Positions 1 through 9,800 of a stretch of DNA of 64,000 nucleotides are shown one piece after another. How positions within the stretch are numbered: the stretch's first letter is position 1; every line of letters begins with the position of its first letter. Under the pieces are notes generated by a model. It was not told the origin of the DNA. It made no database searches and saw only the letters and a program-made list of their open reading frames with translations. The stretch spans positions 800,001 to 864,000 of the forward strand of contig CAVUZH010000013.1 in assembly GCA_963745835.1 (NCBI GenBank), written 5' to 3'. The stretch is from an uncultured delta proteobacterium. GTDB lineage: Bacteria; Desulfobacterota; Binatia; UBA9968. The translations under genes and the position numbers were made by a program.

Positions 1-552
1 GGAGAGTTTAAGGCTCACGCGCGGCACCGCTCGTTCCGCTTCGGGAACCGAGAAGAACTCGCTCGGCTGAAAGCGGAAGAAGCCGGCAATCAGGTTGGAC
101 GGAAACACTTCCTGTTTCATGTTATAACGCATGACCAGATCGTTATAGTATTGCCGGGCAAAAGCAATTTGGTTTTCAGTGGTGGTCAATTCTTCCTGAA
201 GGCGCAGGACGTTCTGGTTCGCTTTCAGATCCGGATAATTTTCCATCAGCGCGAAAATTTGCCCCAGTGACTGGGTTAACGCAGTTTGTGCTTCAGCATT
301 GTCTTTAACTCCGGTCGACGCCATGGCTCTGCTTCGCGCATCGATGACTTTTTGCAAGGTATCCTGCTCGTGTTGCATGTAGCCCTTGACGGTTTCGACA
401 AGATTCGGAATCAAGTCATAACGCCGTTTAAGCTGCACATCGATCTGCTTCCAGGCATTCTCGATCTGATGCCGCAGCGCCACTAAGCCGTTGTAAGTCC
501 AAATCAGCCCAACTGCGATCACAAGAAGGATCGCCCAAAATAGCCAAATCAT
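1..552 (-). CDS. lemA: LemA family protein (3' end runs off window)
   Basis: Manual translation: MIWLFWAILLVIAVGLIWTYNGLVALRHQIENAWKQIDVQLKRRYDLIPNLVETVKGY... LemA signature; ATG overlaps the upstream TGA (ATGA). Confidence 0.93.
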   Translation of the reverse strand, partial: MIWLFWAILLVIAVGLIWTYNGLVALRHQIENAWKQIDVQLKRRYDLIPNLVETVKGYMQHEQDTLQKVIDARSRAMASTGVKDNAEAQTALTQSLGQIFALMENYPDLKANQNVLRLQEELTTTENQIAFARQYYNDLVMRYNMKQEVFPSNLIAGFFRFQPSEFFSVPEAERAVPRVSLKLS

Positions 553-1577
553 CGCCTCCACCTGCCGCCCAGATCATCGCCAACCAATATCGATTGAGTC
601 ACGTCAGCAACGGAGGCAACGCCGGTCATCGTCAGAACCCGCTGCATTTCTTCTGCTAGGATCGCGAAAACCCGCTCGACCCCGCGAGCGCCGAAAGCGC
701 CGACACCCCAGGCTACGGGACGTCCGACCAAAACCGCTTTCGCGCCCAAAGCGATGGCTTTAACGATGTCGCCGCCGCTGCGAATTCCGCTGTCGAGCAG
801 CACGGGCACCTGGGCGCCGACCGCGGCAACCACTTCAGGCAACACCTCCAATGCAGCGCGATTGAAATCTAGGATTCTGCCGCCGTGATTGGAAACGACC
901 AGGGCATCGGCGCCGGCGTTGACCGCGTCATGAGCATCCTCCGCGCTCATGATACCCTTGACCACCACTGGCAATGATACTTGTTGCTTGAGCCACTCGA
1001 TGTCTTTAGGCGAAGACTTGTGTCCCTTCCTCGGCTTACCGTCCTTTGTCGACAACGGCACTTCATCGCCGATCTTAACCGGTCGCACTGTATCCATCGT
1101 GATGCCCGCGGCAGCAAAGCCGAGGTCCTGAGCGAGCTTGGCGTATTCGGCAACTTCTTCTCGGCCTCGGTTCATGTACGCCATGAAGACAAACGGCGAC
1201 TTCGATGCGTTGCGCCAGTCCCGCGGATTGAATTTAGCCGCCTGGCTGACAAACATCATGGCGCCCACCCGATCGGTGCCTTCGGCGACTTCCCGTTCTG
1301 CGTCTTTGCCAATCAGACTGAAACTACCCACCGGCGCAGTAATCGCCGGGATCGGCAGCTTATGGCCAAAGAGCTCGATTCCAACGTCTGGATCGGTAAT
1401 GTCGTGGAAAATTCTTTGCCGGAACATGTATTGACGGAAGGCACGCGGATTTCGATGAAACGTCGCCTTGGTTTCAGCGGCGCCGTCGAAATGATGCCAA
1501 GCCTCGGCCGGCATGGTCCGGCGGGCGATGTCGCGAAGCTCGCGCAGCCCCATTTGCTCCAATGGTTTTTCGATCAT
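549..1577 (-). CDS. FMN-dependent alpha-hydroxy acid oxidase/dehydrogenase family
   Basis: VVKG, VSNHGGR, LDSGIRSGGDIVKAIALGA and GRP motifs. Confidence 0.9.
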   Translation of the reverse strand: MIEKPLEQMGLRELRDIARRTMPAEAWHHFDGAAETKATFHRNPRAFRQYMFRQRIFHDITDPDVGIELFGHKLPIPAITAPVGSFSLIGKDAEREVAEGTDRVGAMMFVSQAAKFNPRDWRNASKSPFVFMAYMNRGREEVAEYAKLAQDLGFAAAGITMDTVRPVKIGDEVPLSTKDGKPRKGHKSSPKDIEWLKQQVSLPVVVKGIMSAEDAHDAVNAGADALVVSNHGGRILDFNRAALEVLPEVVAAVGAQVPVLLDSGIRSGGDIVKAIALGAKAVLVGRPVAWGVGAFGARGVERVFAILAEEMQRVLTMTGVASVADVTQSILVGDDLGGRWRR

Positions 1578-1580
1578 AAG

Positions 1581-2432
1581 CTAGAGGTGTGAGGTAATTT
1601 CCCAGCAGTTAGTGCCGGGATCTCGAAAAAAGAAGAAATTTGACGAGCCGTTCTCATTCAACGGGAACAACTCAGTGACACCTAGACTGTCTCCCTCTTC
1701 CGAGAGCAGGCGATATGCCTCTTTGACCGCTTCGTTCGATTCGACGGTCAAAGTATTGCGAAAGTTCGGCGAGAAAACTTTGAACTCTTTGCGCTCGGCG
1801 CAGACGATGTACGTTTTAGTGTTCGGATGCTTGACGTAGATCACATGGTCGTTGGCTTGATGAACTTCCAGTCCCAACACTTCGGTGTAAAATTTACGAT
1901 TGACGTTCATGTCACAGGCGACCAGGGTACCATGAGTAAATCCTTGAGGCACGTAGCCGCGGCCCGGGAAGCGCTCTTCCGGGAATGGACTCGTCCAGTG
2001 CGGCCCGCGCACCCCACCTGCTTTTGCTTTGGCCGATTCTTTCCGGTTGACCGCTTCATAGGACTCGATTTCCCAGCCGTTGGTTCCTGGCTCAATAAAG
2101 TAGCAGGAGTACGAGCCGTGATTCCACAGCGGCTTGCCGATAGCGCCGAGTTTGTACTCGGCCTTGTGCGCGTTCAGATACTCATAGGCCCTGTCCACCT
2201 CTTCGGTCGTCGCCACCCGCACACCCCAATGATTATGCATCTGCTTGGTCGGCGCGTCCGGGCCAGCCTCATGAACCACCAACAGCCAATCCGTGTTTGG
2301 ATGCTTGAGTATCGCTTGACCCGGCTTCTCGGCAAGTTTTTCGAAGGCTAGAAGATCGGTCAGCACGGCCATGGATTCATGCAAATCGCGGCATTCCATG
2401 TGAGTCGCCGAAAGCGCAATGGGCTTGATCAT
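1581..2432 (-). CDS. Two-domain VOC (glyoxalase/bleomycin resistance/dioxygenase) family protein
   Basis: Duplicated modules ending EPGTNGWEI and DPGTNCWEI, plus FYTEVLGL; start taken at MIKP, ORF is open to 2483. Confidence 0.8.
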   Translation of the reverse strand: MIKPIALSATHMECRDLHESMAVLTDLLAFEKLAEKPGQAILKHPNTDWLLVVHEAGPDAPTKQMHNHWGVRVATTEEVDRAYEYLNAHKAEYKLGAIGKPLWNHGSYSCYFIEPGTNGWEIESYEAVNRKESAKAKAGGVRGPHWTSPFPEERFPGRGYVPQGFTHGTLVACDMNVNRKFYTEVLGLEVHQANDHVIYVKHPNTKTYIVCAERKEFKVFSPNFRNTLTVESNEAVKEAYRLLSEEGDSLGVTELFPLNENGSSNFFFFRDPGTNCWEITSHL

Positions 2433-2619
2433 GCCCCTGTCTCGTGCGGATTCCATTTGATCGCTCGCCGCTCTAATAAACACGTTTATGAAAATTTACA
2501 GCGGTACGACTACCCTGTCAAACGACGGATTGCCGAGCGATTCGAAATGGACTCGTCCTGTTAAGCCAAGCTCCGACAGCTCTGATGATCGCTACGGTAA
2601 GTCACTTCGAGCGCACCCA

Positions 2620-2660
2620 CGCTTCGGTGTTCAACCCATCGCTTCGGTGTTCAACCCATC
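2620..2660. repeat. Perfect 20-bp tandem duplication (cgcttcggtgttcaacccat x2)
   Basis: Read directly in the divergent intergenic region. Confidence 0.9.
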
Positions 2661-2703
2661 ACTCCTAGTACCGAACTGTTCATCTTGTGAAGAACAATCA
2701 GCC

Positions 2704-2732
2704 TTGACACAAAGTTTTGTTTTCCATAGATT
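2704..2732 (+). promoter_or_regulatory. Putative sigma70 promoter of the Bug genes
   Basis: TTGACA-17 nt-TAGATT, followed by SD GGAGG before ATG 2764. Confidence 0.6.
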
Positions 2733-2763
2733 CCGCGCAGCTTGACGATGAGGGGAGGCGAAT

Positions 2764-3792
2764 ATGGTGTTGCGATTCCGGCGGTTAGTTCTGATCACGA
2801 TTTGTGTCCTGCTAAACGCTCCGGCAGTGACGTTCGCTCAAGACTCCTTTTATCAGGGGAAAACCGTCCGGATTATCGTCGGCACTTCGGCCGGCGGCGG
2901 CTTCGACACCTACACACGCAACCTGGCGCGCCACTTCGGCAAACATATCCCGGGACAGCCCGCGGTCGTCGTGGAAAACATGCCGGGCGCCGGCCACCTG
3001 ATCGCCGCCAATCATATGTATAACGTTGCAAAACCGGATGGCTTGACGATCGGTCATTTTCATGGAGGCTGGTTTCTCTATCAACTCTTCAAGCGCCCCG
3101 GACTCGAATTCGAGGCAACGAAATACGAATTTCTCGGATCGCCGATCAGGGAAACCCGCGCTTGCGCCCTGACTAAGGCAAGCGGTATCACCAGCGTAGA
3201 GCGATGGCTGGCCGCCAAAACGCCGGTGAAGATCGGCGGTATCGGCGGCGGCGCCCCCGATGATATCGCGCGTATGCTTGCAGCGACCACGGCGCTACCC
3301 ATCCAACTTGTTGCCGGTTACAAAGGAACATCGGAGATTCGCCTGGCGGCTGAGAGCGGAGAGCTCGCCGGCGGCTGCTGGACATGGGATTCGATTCGCT
3401 CGACGTGGAATAAAGGGATCCAGAGCGGTGAGGCGGTCGTCGTGCTCCAGGTCGTATCCAAACCACACCGCGACCTGCCCAATATACCGCTGGCCCAAAC
3501 TCTCGCGAAGTCGGATGAAGCGCGCCAGCTGCTCAAGGCTGGCATCGAGGACGCCGCGGAGTTCTATCGTCCCTACGTGGCGCCGCCGCGCACTCCCAAG
3601 CAGCGCGTCGAGATTTTGCGCCAAGCTTTCGACGCCACGATGAAAGACGGCGAATTTCTCGCGGATGCGAAGAAAGCCAATCTCGAAATTGAACCGATTA
3701 CCGGGCAGGAGATGGAACGCCTGGTATCGGGCATCTTCAAGCTTGATCCGGCATTGGCGGCCAAACTCAAAAGCATTTTGAATCCAAGCTGA
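2764..3792 (+). CDS. Bug/TctC tripartite tricarboxylate transporter substrate-binding protein
   Basis: Signal peptide; IIVGTSAGGGFD, VVENMPGAG, PDGLT, YKGTSE motifs. Confidence 0.92.
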   Translation: MVLRFRRLVLITICVLLNAPAVTFAQDSFYQGKTVRIIVGTSAGGGFDTYTRNLARHFGKHIPGQPAVVVENMPGAGHLIAANHMYNVAKPDGLTIGHFHGGWFLYQLFKRPGLEFEATKYEFLGSPIRETRACALTKASGITSVERWLAAKTPVKIGGIGGGAPDDIARMLAATTALPIQLVAGYKGTSEIRLAAESGELAGGCWTWDSIRSTWNKGIQSGEAVVVLQVVSKPHRDLPNIPLAQTLAKSDEARQLLKAGIEDAAEFYRPYVAPPRTPKQRVEILRQAFDATMKDGEFLADAKKANLEIEPITGQEMERLVSGIFKLDPALAAKLKSILNPS

Positions 3793-3835
3793 CGCGCCAT
3801 CGTTCACAAAGATATACGTTGGATCCGGAGGATCT

Positions 3836-4861
3836 ATGCAGAGATTACTGCTCGCGCTCTCGATTGTGTTTCTCGGCGCTTTCGCCGGCGAATCCAATCA
3901 CGCATTCGCACAGGCAAATTTTTTTGAAGGCAAAGCCGTCCGGTTAATCGTCGGCTTTACCGCAGGCGGCGGCTATGATGCTTACACCCGGACCCTCGCT
4001 CGTCATATGATGAAGCATATCCCCGGAAATCCGAGCATGATCGTCGAAAATATGCCTGGCGCTGGCAGCATGATTTCAGCAAACTACAGCTTTAAAGCCG
4101 CGCGGCCGGACGGGCTTACCATTGGCCATTTCATCGGCGGGCTCTTTCTTCAGCAACTGCTAGGCAAACCGGGTATCGAATTCGACGCCGCTAAGTTTCA
4201 GTTCGTCGGCGTTCCCGCTCAGGACAACTTCGTTATCGGGCTAGCCAAGTCCACCGAGATTGCAGACGTCGAATCCTGGATGGCATCCAAGCAGGTGGTG
4301 AAATTCGGCGGGGTCGCCTCAGGCTCAGGCTCCGACGACTTCCCGAATATCCTAAAGGCGACGCTTGGCCTGCCGATTCAACTTGTTTCCGGCTACAAAG
4401 GCACGGCCGACGTTCGTCTGGCGTTCAACAGCGGCGAAGTTGCCGGCCTAAGCAACTCCTGGGAATCGACCAAGTCGACGTGGCGCAAGGAGCTGGAAAG
4501 CGGCGATTTGAAGCTGATACTTCAGGCAACGCTCAAGCCGCATCCCGAGCATCCGAAGCTACCGATGGCGCTCAACTATGCCAAAACCGAAGAGGCGAAG
4601 AGACTGATCTCCACCGTGGCGCGCGTGCACGGCCCTACGGTGCGGCCGTACGTGTTGCCACCCAACACACCGGCGGATCGAGTGCAGACACTGCGCAAGG
4701 CTTTCATGGCGACGATGAAAGATCCGGAGTTTCTCGCCGAAGCCAAAAAAGCCAACCTAGACATCAATCCCGAAGACGGCGCGACGCTCGAACAAAACGT
4801 CAGAGAGATTCTGCAGCTCGAGCCTGCTCTCGTTGCGAAATTAAAAGAGTTTCTGAAGTAA
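3836..4861 (+). CDS. Bug/TctC tripartite tricarboxylate transporter substrate-binding protein (paralogue)
   Basis: Signal peptide; LIVGFTAGGGYD, IVENMPGAG, PDGLT, YKGTAD motifs. Confidence 0.92.
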   Translation: MQRLLLALSIVFLGAFAGESNHAFAQANFFEGKAVRLIVGFTAGGGYDAYTRTLARHMMKHIPGNPSMIVENMPGAGSMISANYSFKAARPDGLTIGHFIGGLFLQQLLGKPGIEFDAAKFQFVGVPAQDNFVIGLAKSTEIADVESWMASKQVVKFGGVASGSGSDDFPNILKATLGLPIQLVSGYKGTADVRLAFNSGEVAGLSNSWESTKSTWRKELESGDLKLILQATLKPHPEHPKLPMALNYAKTEEAKRLISTVARVHGPTVRPYVLPPNTPADRVQTLRKAFMATMKDPEFLAEAKKANLDINPEDGATLEQNVREILQLEPALVAKLKEFLK

Positions 4862-4997
4862 CCGGTTGCCAAGTGCCAGATACAAGGAAAACACTGCCGG
4901 CAACGGTTCTTCCGGCCAACAGCAGCAGTTGCGGATATTTGTCGCGCACCAGACTATCGCGTGCGCTTGAGCTTCTTGAAGCCGTAGAGGAGGTCTC

Positions 4998-5213
4998 ATG
5001 AAAATCACCGTGGACAGAACCAAGTGTGAAGGATACGCGAGATGCGTCCAGGCGGCGCCTAAAGTTTTTCAGCTGGATAGCAAAATGATCGCTGAAGTTG
5101 TTGATTCCCAGGGGGATGGTGATGACAAGATTCTTCTTGCCGCCAGGCTTTGTCCGACCAAAGCAATCACATTGGAAGAGGAAGGCACGGGCAAGAAGCT
5201 GTTTCCAGAATGA
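4998..5213 (+). CDS. Monocluster ferredoxin, probably [3Fe-4S]
   Basis: MKITVDRTKCEGYARC...CPTKAI; second Cys replaced by Tyr; SD GAGGAGG. Confidence 0.88.
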   Translation: MKITVDRTKCEGYARCVQAAPKVFQLDSKMIAEVVDSQGDGDDKILLAARLCPTKAITLEEEGTGKKLFPE

Positions 5214-5446
5214 CCAGTCGCGGAGAAGCCTCACCTGTTTGAAATGATACCTAGCCATCATTGTCGCCGGGACGACGCAACAAGGCCTGTGTCTTATTGA
5301 GATGGGTCAGTGAGAATTTGTGCGTTTAACGGTATCACCGACAAATGCTCAGTTGATCGCTCAAGCTGAAGTTAAAACCCTGTCAGAAGAGTTTTTGCCG
5401 GCGCGCGATAACCCAACTCCGATGCGGGGAATGATAGTTTAAACCC

Positions 5447-7441
5447 ATGCACACGCGGCGAGCTTCGGCGCACATTCACCGGCACACGGCCGGCCGTCGT
5501 TTGGGGGAACTGTGTCGCGCACAAGCGAAGCCGTTGAGTATTTTACTGGCGTCGTGCGTGATGGTCGCGAGCAGCTACAGCAATTCAATACTCGGTGTTA
5601 TCAATCAGTTCGCTTCAATTTACTCGTTCTGCTTCTTTGTCCTGCTGTTCGCGCTACTGCTGCGGAGAAGACTCTTTCTTCTGACTATTCCGCTCGCACT
5701 TGGCGCATTAGCAGCGCTCAGCCGATTGAACGAACTCAAAATCTCCGCAGTTTCTTTGCCTATAACATTTTTCGACGTGAAAACGGTCATTGCCGACCCT
5801 AGAATTATTATCAATGCCGCCGGCATAGGCAATGATCTTTACAGGATCCTATTCATCACGATGGCCGGACTCGTCGTTGCGCTCGTCGCATCTGCTTTCT
5901 ACAAGCTAGCCGGCTGCTCTTTTCTGCACCATCGGAAGGCGTTGCCCTCACGAGACGAGAAGGCCGGGCGATCCTGGTCTTTTGTTTTGAATGCCGTTGC
6001 CCTTCTCGTTGTCCTTATCGCTGCCCATGCTTCTCTCTCGAGGTATGGCAGATTTGTGCATGCGAACCTTAGTACAAAAGGAGTGAAGTTATGGCAGGAA
6101 CTTTGGTTCCCCTCGAGCCAGGTTGAACTATGCCAAAGCCTAGGCGTTCTCGAATACCTGGCATTCTCCTATGTTGCAGCGGACGAGGGCGCGGATATCT
6201 CTCTCGGGCAGGGACATAGTCCCACTGTTCAGGAATTGCGTCTAGCCGCTACCGAATTCGTCAAGAAATCAATTCCGCGGTCAAAAACGCTCTTGCCCAA
6301 TATCGTATTTTTTCATGCAGAATCGACCTTCGATCCTAATCTCGCTTTCAGGCTGTCTGCACGTGTCGAATTGCCGTTATGGTCCAAGCAAAGAGAGACC
6401 CGCGCTCTTGGTCCTATACGGGTGAACACCATCGGCGGCGGAAGCTGGGTCTCGGAATTCGAGGTGCTTACCGGAGTGGACTCCAGGATCTTCGGATATC
6501 AGGGTTTCTACACGCATTACTACATCGCGCCAAAGGTGAAAAACTCCTTCGCAGAGTATCTGGCAAGGAAGGGATATAAGACGGCTGCGTTCTACCCTGT
6601 CGAAGGCAATTTCTATAACGCGGACAAGGCGTTCAAGTCCTACGGATTCAGAGAGTTTATTGACGGCCGGGCGCTCGGGTTGCCGGAGGACTGGGGACAT
6701 CTCATTGACCGCGACATAATCAATGCCGTCATCAAGCAGGGTGCGTTCCAGAGTTCCGGTCCATTCTTTTATTTCATCGGTACCTCCGAGAATCACGGCC
6801 CCCACCCTTGCCAGTCGTTTCAGACCGAGAAGCAATTTTTCACAACCTTCTTTGCGCCGGTATTGTTCGAGGAACACTGTCAGCTGAATGAATATTTGCG
6901 CCGAGCTATTTCCACATCCGATGCGTTTGAGCTCGTGCTGAAACAGCTAAAGGAAATCCACAGACAGACCGGTAGGCCTTTCGTCTTGCTGGTCTATGGT
7001 GACCATCAACCCTGGTCGTTCACGGAAGGTATCTATTCCATGCCGAGTGGAACTGCCGCCGAACCTGGCTTCAAGCATTTCTCGGGGGTCCGAACCAAGG
7101 CCGATGGCTATCAGACCTTTTTTCACTTGTTGGCGTCCGACAATACGGTTATCCGGAGTCGATTTACGAGACCACCGCCGGTGTCGTTTCTTCCGAGCCT
7201 TGTGAGCGCGTTTGTAGCAACGTCCCACGACGACCTTTATCTTCCCATCAATTTTCTTGCTTACGCGAGCTGCGGCTCGGATATACGCGCCTTAGGTTGC
7301 GACCACTATGCGGAGATTGCGCGCTTGGCGAGGCACGCTCTCTTGACGGAACCGGCTCCTCCACCGGTTTTGGCTGTCGGAAATCCATCGTTTCGGGACC
7401 CCCTACGGGAACGGCCGTTGACGCCTGTTTCCTTGCCATGA
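5447..7441 (+). CDS. Membrane LTA synthase/sulfatase-like (alkaline phosphatase superfamily) transferase
   Basis: N-terminal TM helices; PNIVFFHAESTFD, GGGSWVSEFEVLTG, ENHGPH, YGDHQP; start codon uncertain. Confidence 0.8.
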   Translation: MHTRRASAHIHRHTAGRRLGELCRAQAKPLSILLASCVMVASSYSNSILGVINQFASIYSFCFFVLLFALLLRRRLFLLTIPLALGALAALSRLNELKISAVSLPITFFDVKTVIADPRIIINAAGIGNDLYRILFITMAGLVVALVASAFYKLAGCSFLHHRKALPSRDEKAGRSWSFVLNAVALLVVLIAAHASLSRYGRFVHANLSTKGVKLWQELWFPSSQVELCQSLGVLEYLAFSYVAADEGADISLGQGHSPTVQELRLAATEFVKKSIPRSKTLLPNIVFFHAESTFDPNLAFRLSARVELPLWSKQRETRALGPIRVNTIGGGSWVSEFEVLTGVDSRIFGYQGFYTHYYIAPKVKNSFAEYLARKGYKTAAFYPVEGNFYNADKAFKSYGFREFIDGRALGLPEDWGHLIDRDIINAVIKQGAFQSSGPFFYFIGTSENHGPHPCQSFQTEKQFFTTFFAPVLFEEHCQLNEYLRRAISTSDAFELVLKQLKEIHRQTGRPFVLLVYGDHQPWSFTEGIYSMPSGTAAEPGFKHFSGVRTKADGYQTFFHLLASDNTVIRSRFTRPPPVSFLPSLVSAFVATSHDDLYLPINFLAYASCGSDIRALGCDHYAEIARLARHALLTEPAPPPVLAVGNPSFRDPLRERPLTPVSLP

Positions 7442-7546
7442 CTTAGAACGGATCCTGCAGAAACCACATTGCTCCTGACAGGGCACAATTGCTATGCATT
7501 CACCCTCGTGAAGCCGGAGCGCTAGCTCAGCGAAACAGTCTACATA

Positions 7547-8269
7547 TCACGGCAATTCCGACAGCAAGCGTCCATAGCCAGTGTGCGGAACCCGGACGTG
7601 AAGACGTTTTTGAATTTCCCAACACTGCGTGATCCCCGGATGGATTACCGGCACGCCTAAATCCTGCTCTAAGTCTTCGACGATATCGAGGATGCGCAAC
7701 TTGCCGCCTTGAAAGTAGATGCCATCGGCATGCGGATGGCGAAGAAACAGACGTTTGGCTTGATAGTAAATATCCTTCGAGGAAAGTCTGCCGACTTTTT
7801 CCCACGGTCCGGGCAGCTTCTCGAGCTCGAGAACTTCAAAGCCGGCGTCGCTAAAATAGCGCGCGACGATGCTGGTGTCGTCGAAGTCGTAGCCGATGCC
7901 GACGAATTTCTTGATTTTCAGAGCTTTCATCGCGGCGACCTGATTTGTGCCGGAGGTAAAAATCGGAATACCGAATCGTCGCTCCCATCGCTGAATTAGT
8001 TCCGCCTCACCTTTGTAGCCTAGCAGCATGAAAGGCGGCGTGCCCGCCGGATGAATCAGATCGACTTTGTCTTCCGCCAACTCGGCGATCTTTTCCTCAT
8101 AAACCGGTATCGCCGACTTAAATTCCTCTATCTTCCCATGCCGCACGTTATTAAACAGGGGGATCACACCGATGCCGTCCGGGAGCATCTTGATTAATTC
8201 AACCAGTGAGCCCGAACCCTTGGTCGGTTTGATCATTCCAACCATTCCGCGCCAGCAATCGTAAGACAT
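7547..8269 (-). CDS. Maleate isomerase/arylmalonate decarboxylase (Asp/Glu racemase)-like protein
   Basis: VGMIKP, AGTPP, AMKALKIKK, ADGIYFQG, LEQDLGVPVI, GYGRLL; start taken at MSYDCW after an SD-like sequence. Confidence 0.8.
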   Translation of the reverse strand: MSYDCWRGMVGMIKPTKGSGSLVELIKMLPDGIGVIPLFNNVRHGKIEEFKSAIPVYEEKIAELAEDKVDLIHPAGTPPFMLLGYKGEAELIQRWERRFGIPIFTSGTNQVAAMKALKIKKFVGIGYDFDDTSIVARYFSDAGFEVLELEKLPGPWEKVGRLSSKDIYYQAKRLFLRHPHADGIYFQGGKLRILDIVEDLEQDLGVPVIHPGITQCWEIQKRLHVRVPHTGYGRLLSELP

Positions 8270-8313
8270 AATGGTTTCCTCGGAGACTCCTTTGTGTAGA
8301 CCTGAAGCTGTTA

Positions 8314-9060
8314 TCAAAGCATATAGGTCCCGCAGTTGATATTATACGATTGCCCGGTGATATAAGCGGCTGCGTCGCTGGCCAGAAACAGAACGGGCCC
8401 GGCGATGTCTGCCGGCTCCAAAACGTGCGGCAGCGGCGTAGAATGCAAGCGCTGCATGACTTCCTCTTCAGACCGATGGCCACGCGGCATCGCCGTATTC
8501 GCGGAACCCGGACAGATCGCATTGACGGTAATCCCATCCGGTCCGAGCTCGCGCGCCAAAGATTTGACGAACCCGATAATCGCCGCTTTCGAGGCGGCGT
8601 AGTGCGAGAACTGTTTCATGCCATAATGGCCAATGCCGGAGGCCATGCTAATAATCCGGCCGCCTTTTTGCTCCCGCATCGCCGGCACGAACGCGCGACA
8701 GCAAAGAAAATTTCCGCCGAGATTGATATCGAGGGTGCGATCCCAATCCGCCTCGCTCATCTCGACAACAGAAGATTTGAGATAGACACCGGCATCGTTG
8801 ACCAGGATATCGACTCGACCAAATTGAGCGAAGGTTGCCTCGGCGAGTCTCTTCACAGAAGATTCGTCCGCAACATTGACTTCGAACCCTAACGCGTCGC
8901 CGCCAAGTATCTTCACCTCGTCGGCAACCGAACCTGCTTTTTCCGACTGCAAGTCGGCGACCACAACTTTTGCGCCCTCTCGCGCCATTCCCAGGGCGAT
9001 GGCGCGACCGATTCCTTGAGCCCCACCGGTTATCACAGCGACTTTGTTTTTAAGTCTCAT
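8314..9060 (-). CDS. SDR family NAD(P)-dependent oxidoreductase
   Basis: TGGAQGIG, VNDAG, YAASK, ITGQ. Confidence 0.92.
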   Translation of the reverse strand: MRLKNKVAVITGGAQGIGRAIALGMAREGAKVVVADLQSEKAGSVADEVKILGGDALGFEVNVADESSVKRLAEATFAQFGRVDILVNDAGVYLKSSVVEMSEADWDRTLDINLGGNFLCCRAFVPAMREQKGGRIISMASGIGHYGMKQFSHYAASKAAIIGFVKSLARELGPDGITVNAICPGSANTAMPRGHRSEEEVMQRLHSTPLPHVLEPADIAGPVLFLASDAAAYITGQSYNINCGTYML

Positions 9061-9800
9061 GGCATCACCACACCGCCGTTGACGTGAAAGGTCTGTCCTG
9101 TGATTGCCGCGCTCTCCGGTGTGGTAAGAAAATAGTACATCTCGGCGAGATCGCCGGGTTGTCCGGTTCGCCCCAATGGAATCACCGGATACCAGCGCTC
9201 CTGGCGAGCGGCCGGAGATTCTTTTTCCATCACTCGCGGCGTATCCGTCGGGCCCGGCGCCACCGTATTAACGAGAATCCGGTCGGGCGCCAATTCCAGC
9301 GCGAGGCTCTTCGAGAAACTAATAATCCCGGCTTTGGCCGCGGCGTAAGGCGCGCGCAGCGCCGAACCCGTCACTCCATAATTAGAAGCGGTATTGAGGA
9401 TTCTCCCGCTCTTTTGCTTCTGCATTAGCGGAGCTACTTCACGGCACATGAGGAATGTGCCTTTTAAATTGCTGTCAATCACCTGCTTCCATTCGGCCCA
9501 GGTGAATTCCTCAACCCGCTTGGTGTAGATGCTACCGCCGGCGATATTCGCCAGCACGTCGATGCGGCCGTGGCGTGAATGGACCTCAGTAACCACCGCT
9601 TTGACTTCACGCGCTTGAGTGACATCGACAGAGTAAGCATCGGCCTTGCCGCGCGCGGCGAGGATTTCGTCCCTCACTTGCTCCGCAGCCGCCCGGTCGT
9701 AATCAGCGACAGCCACGGTCATGCCCGCCGCCGCCAGCCGATGAGCCACAGCGCCGCCAATTCCACCGCCACCGCCGGTTATTAACGCTATTTGACCCAT
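9057..9800 (-). CDS. SDR family NAD(P)-dependent oxidoreductase
   Basis: TGGGGGIG, YAAAK, ITGQTFHVNGG; ATGA overlap with the next SDR. Confidence 0.92.
   Translation of the reverse strand: MGQIALITGGGGGIGGAVAHRLAAAGMTVAVADYDRAAAEQVRDEILAARGKADAYSVDVTQAREVKAVVTEVHSRHGRIDVLANIAGGSIYTKRVEEFTWAEWKQVIDSNLKGTFLMCREVAPLMQKQKSGRILNTASNYGVTGSALRAPYAAAKAGIISFSKSLALELAPDRILVNTVAPGPTDTPRVMEKESPAARQERWYPVIPLGRTGQPGDLAEMYYFLTTPESAAITGQTFHVNGGVVMP

Noticed and set aside
2620-2660. Tandem repeat as a CRISPR remnant
   Set aside because: The copies are adjacent with no spacer and there are no cas genes
2488-2745. 85-aa ORF spanning the tandem repeat
   Set aside because: No motif; it overlaps the predicted promoter of the Bug gene
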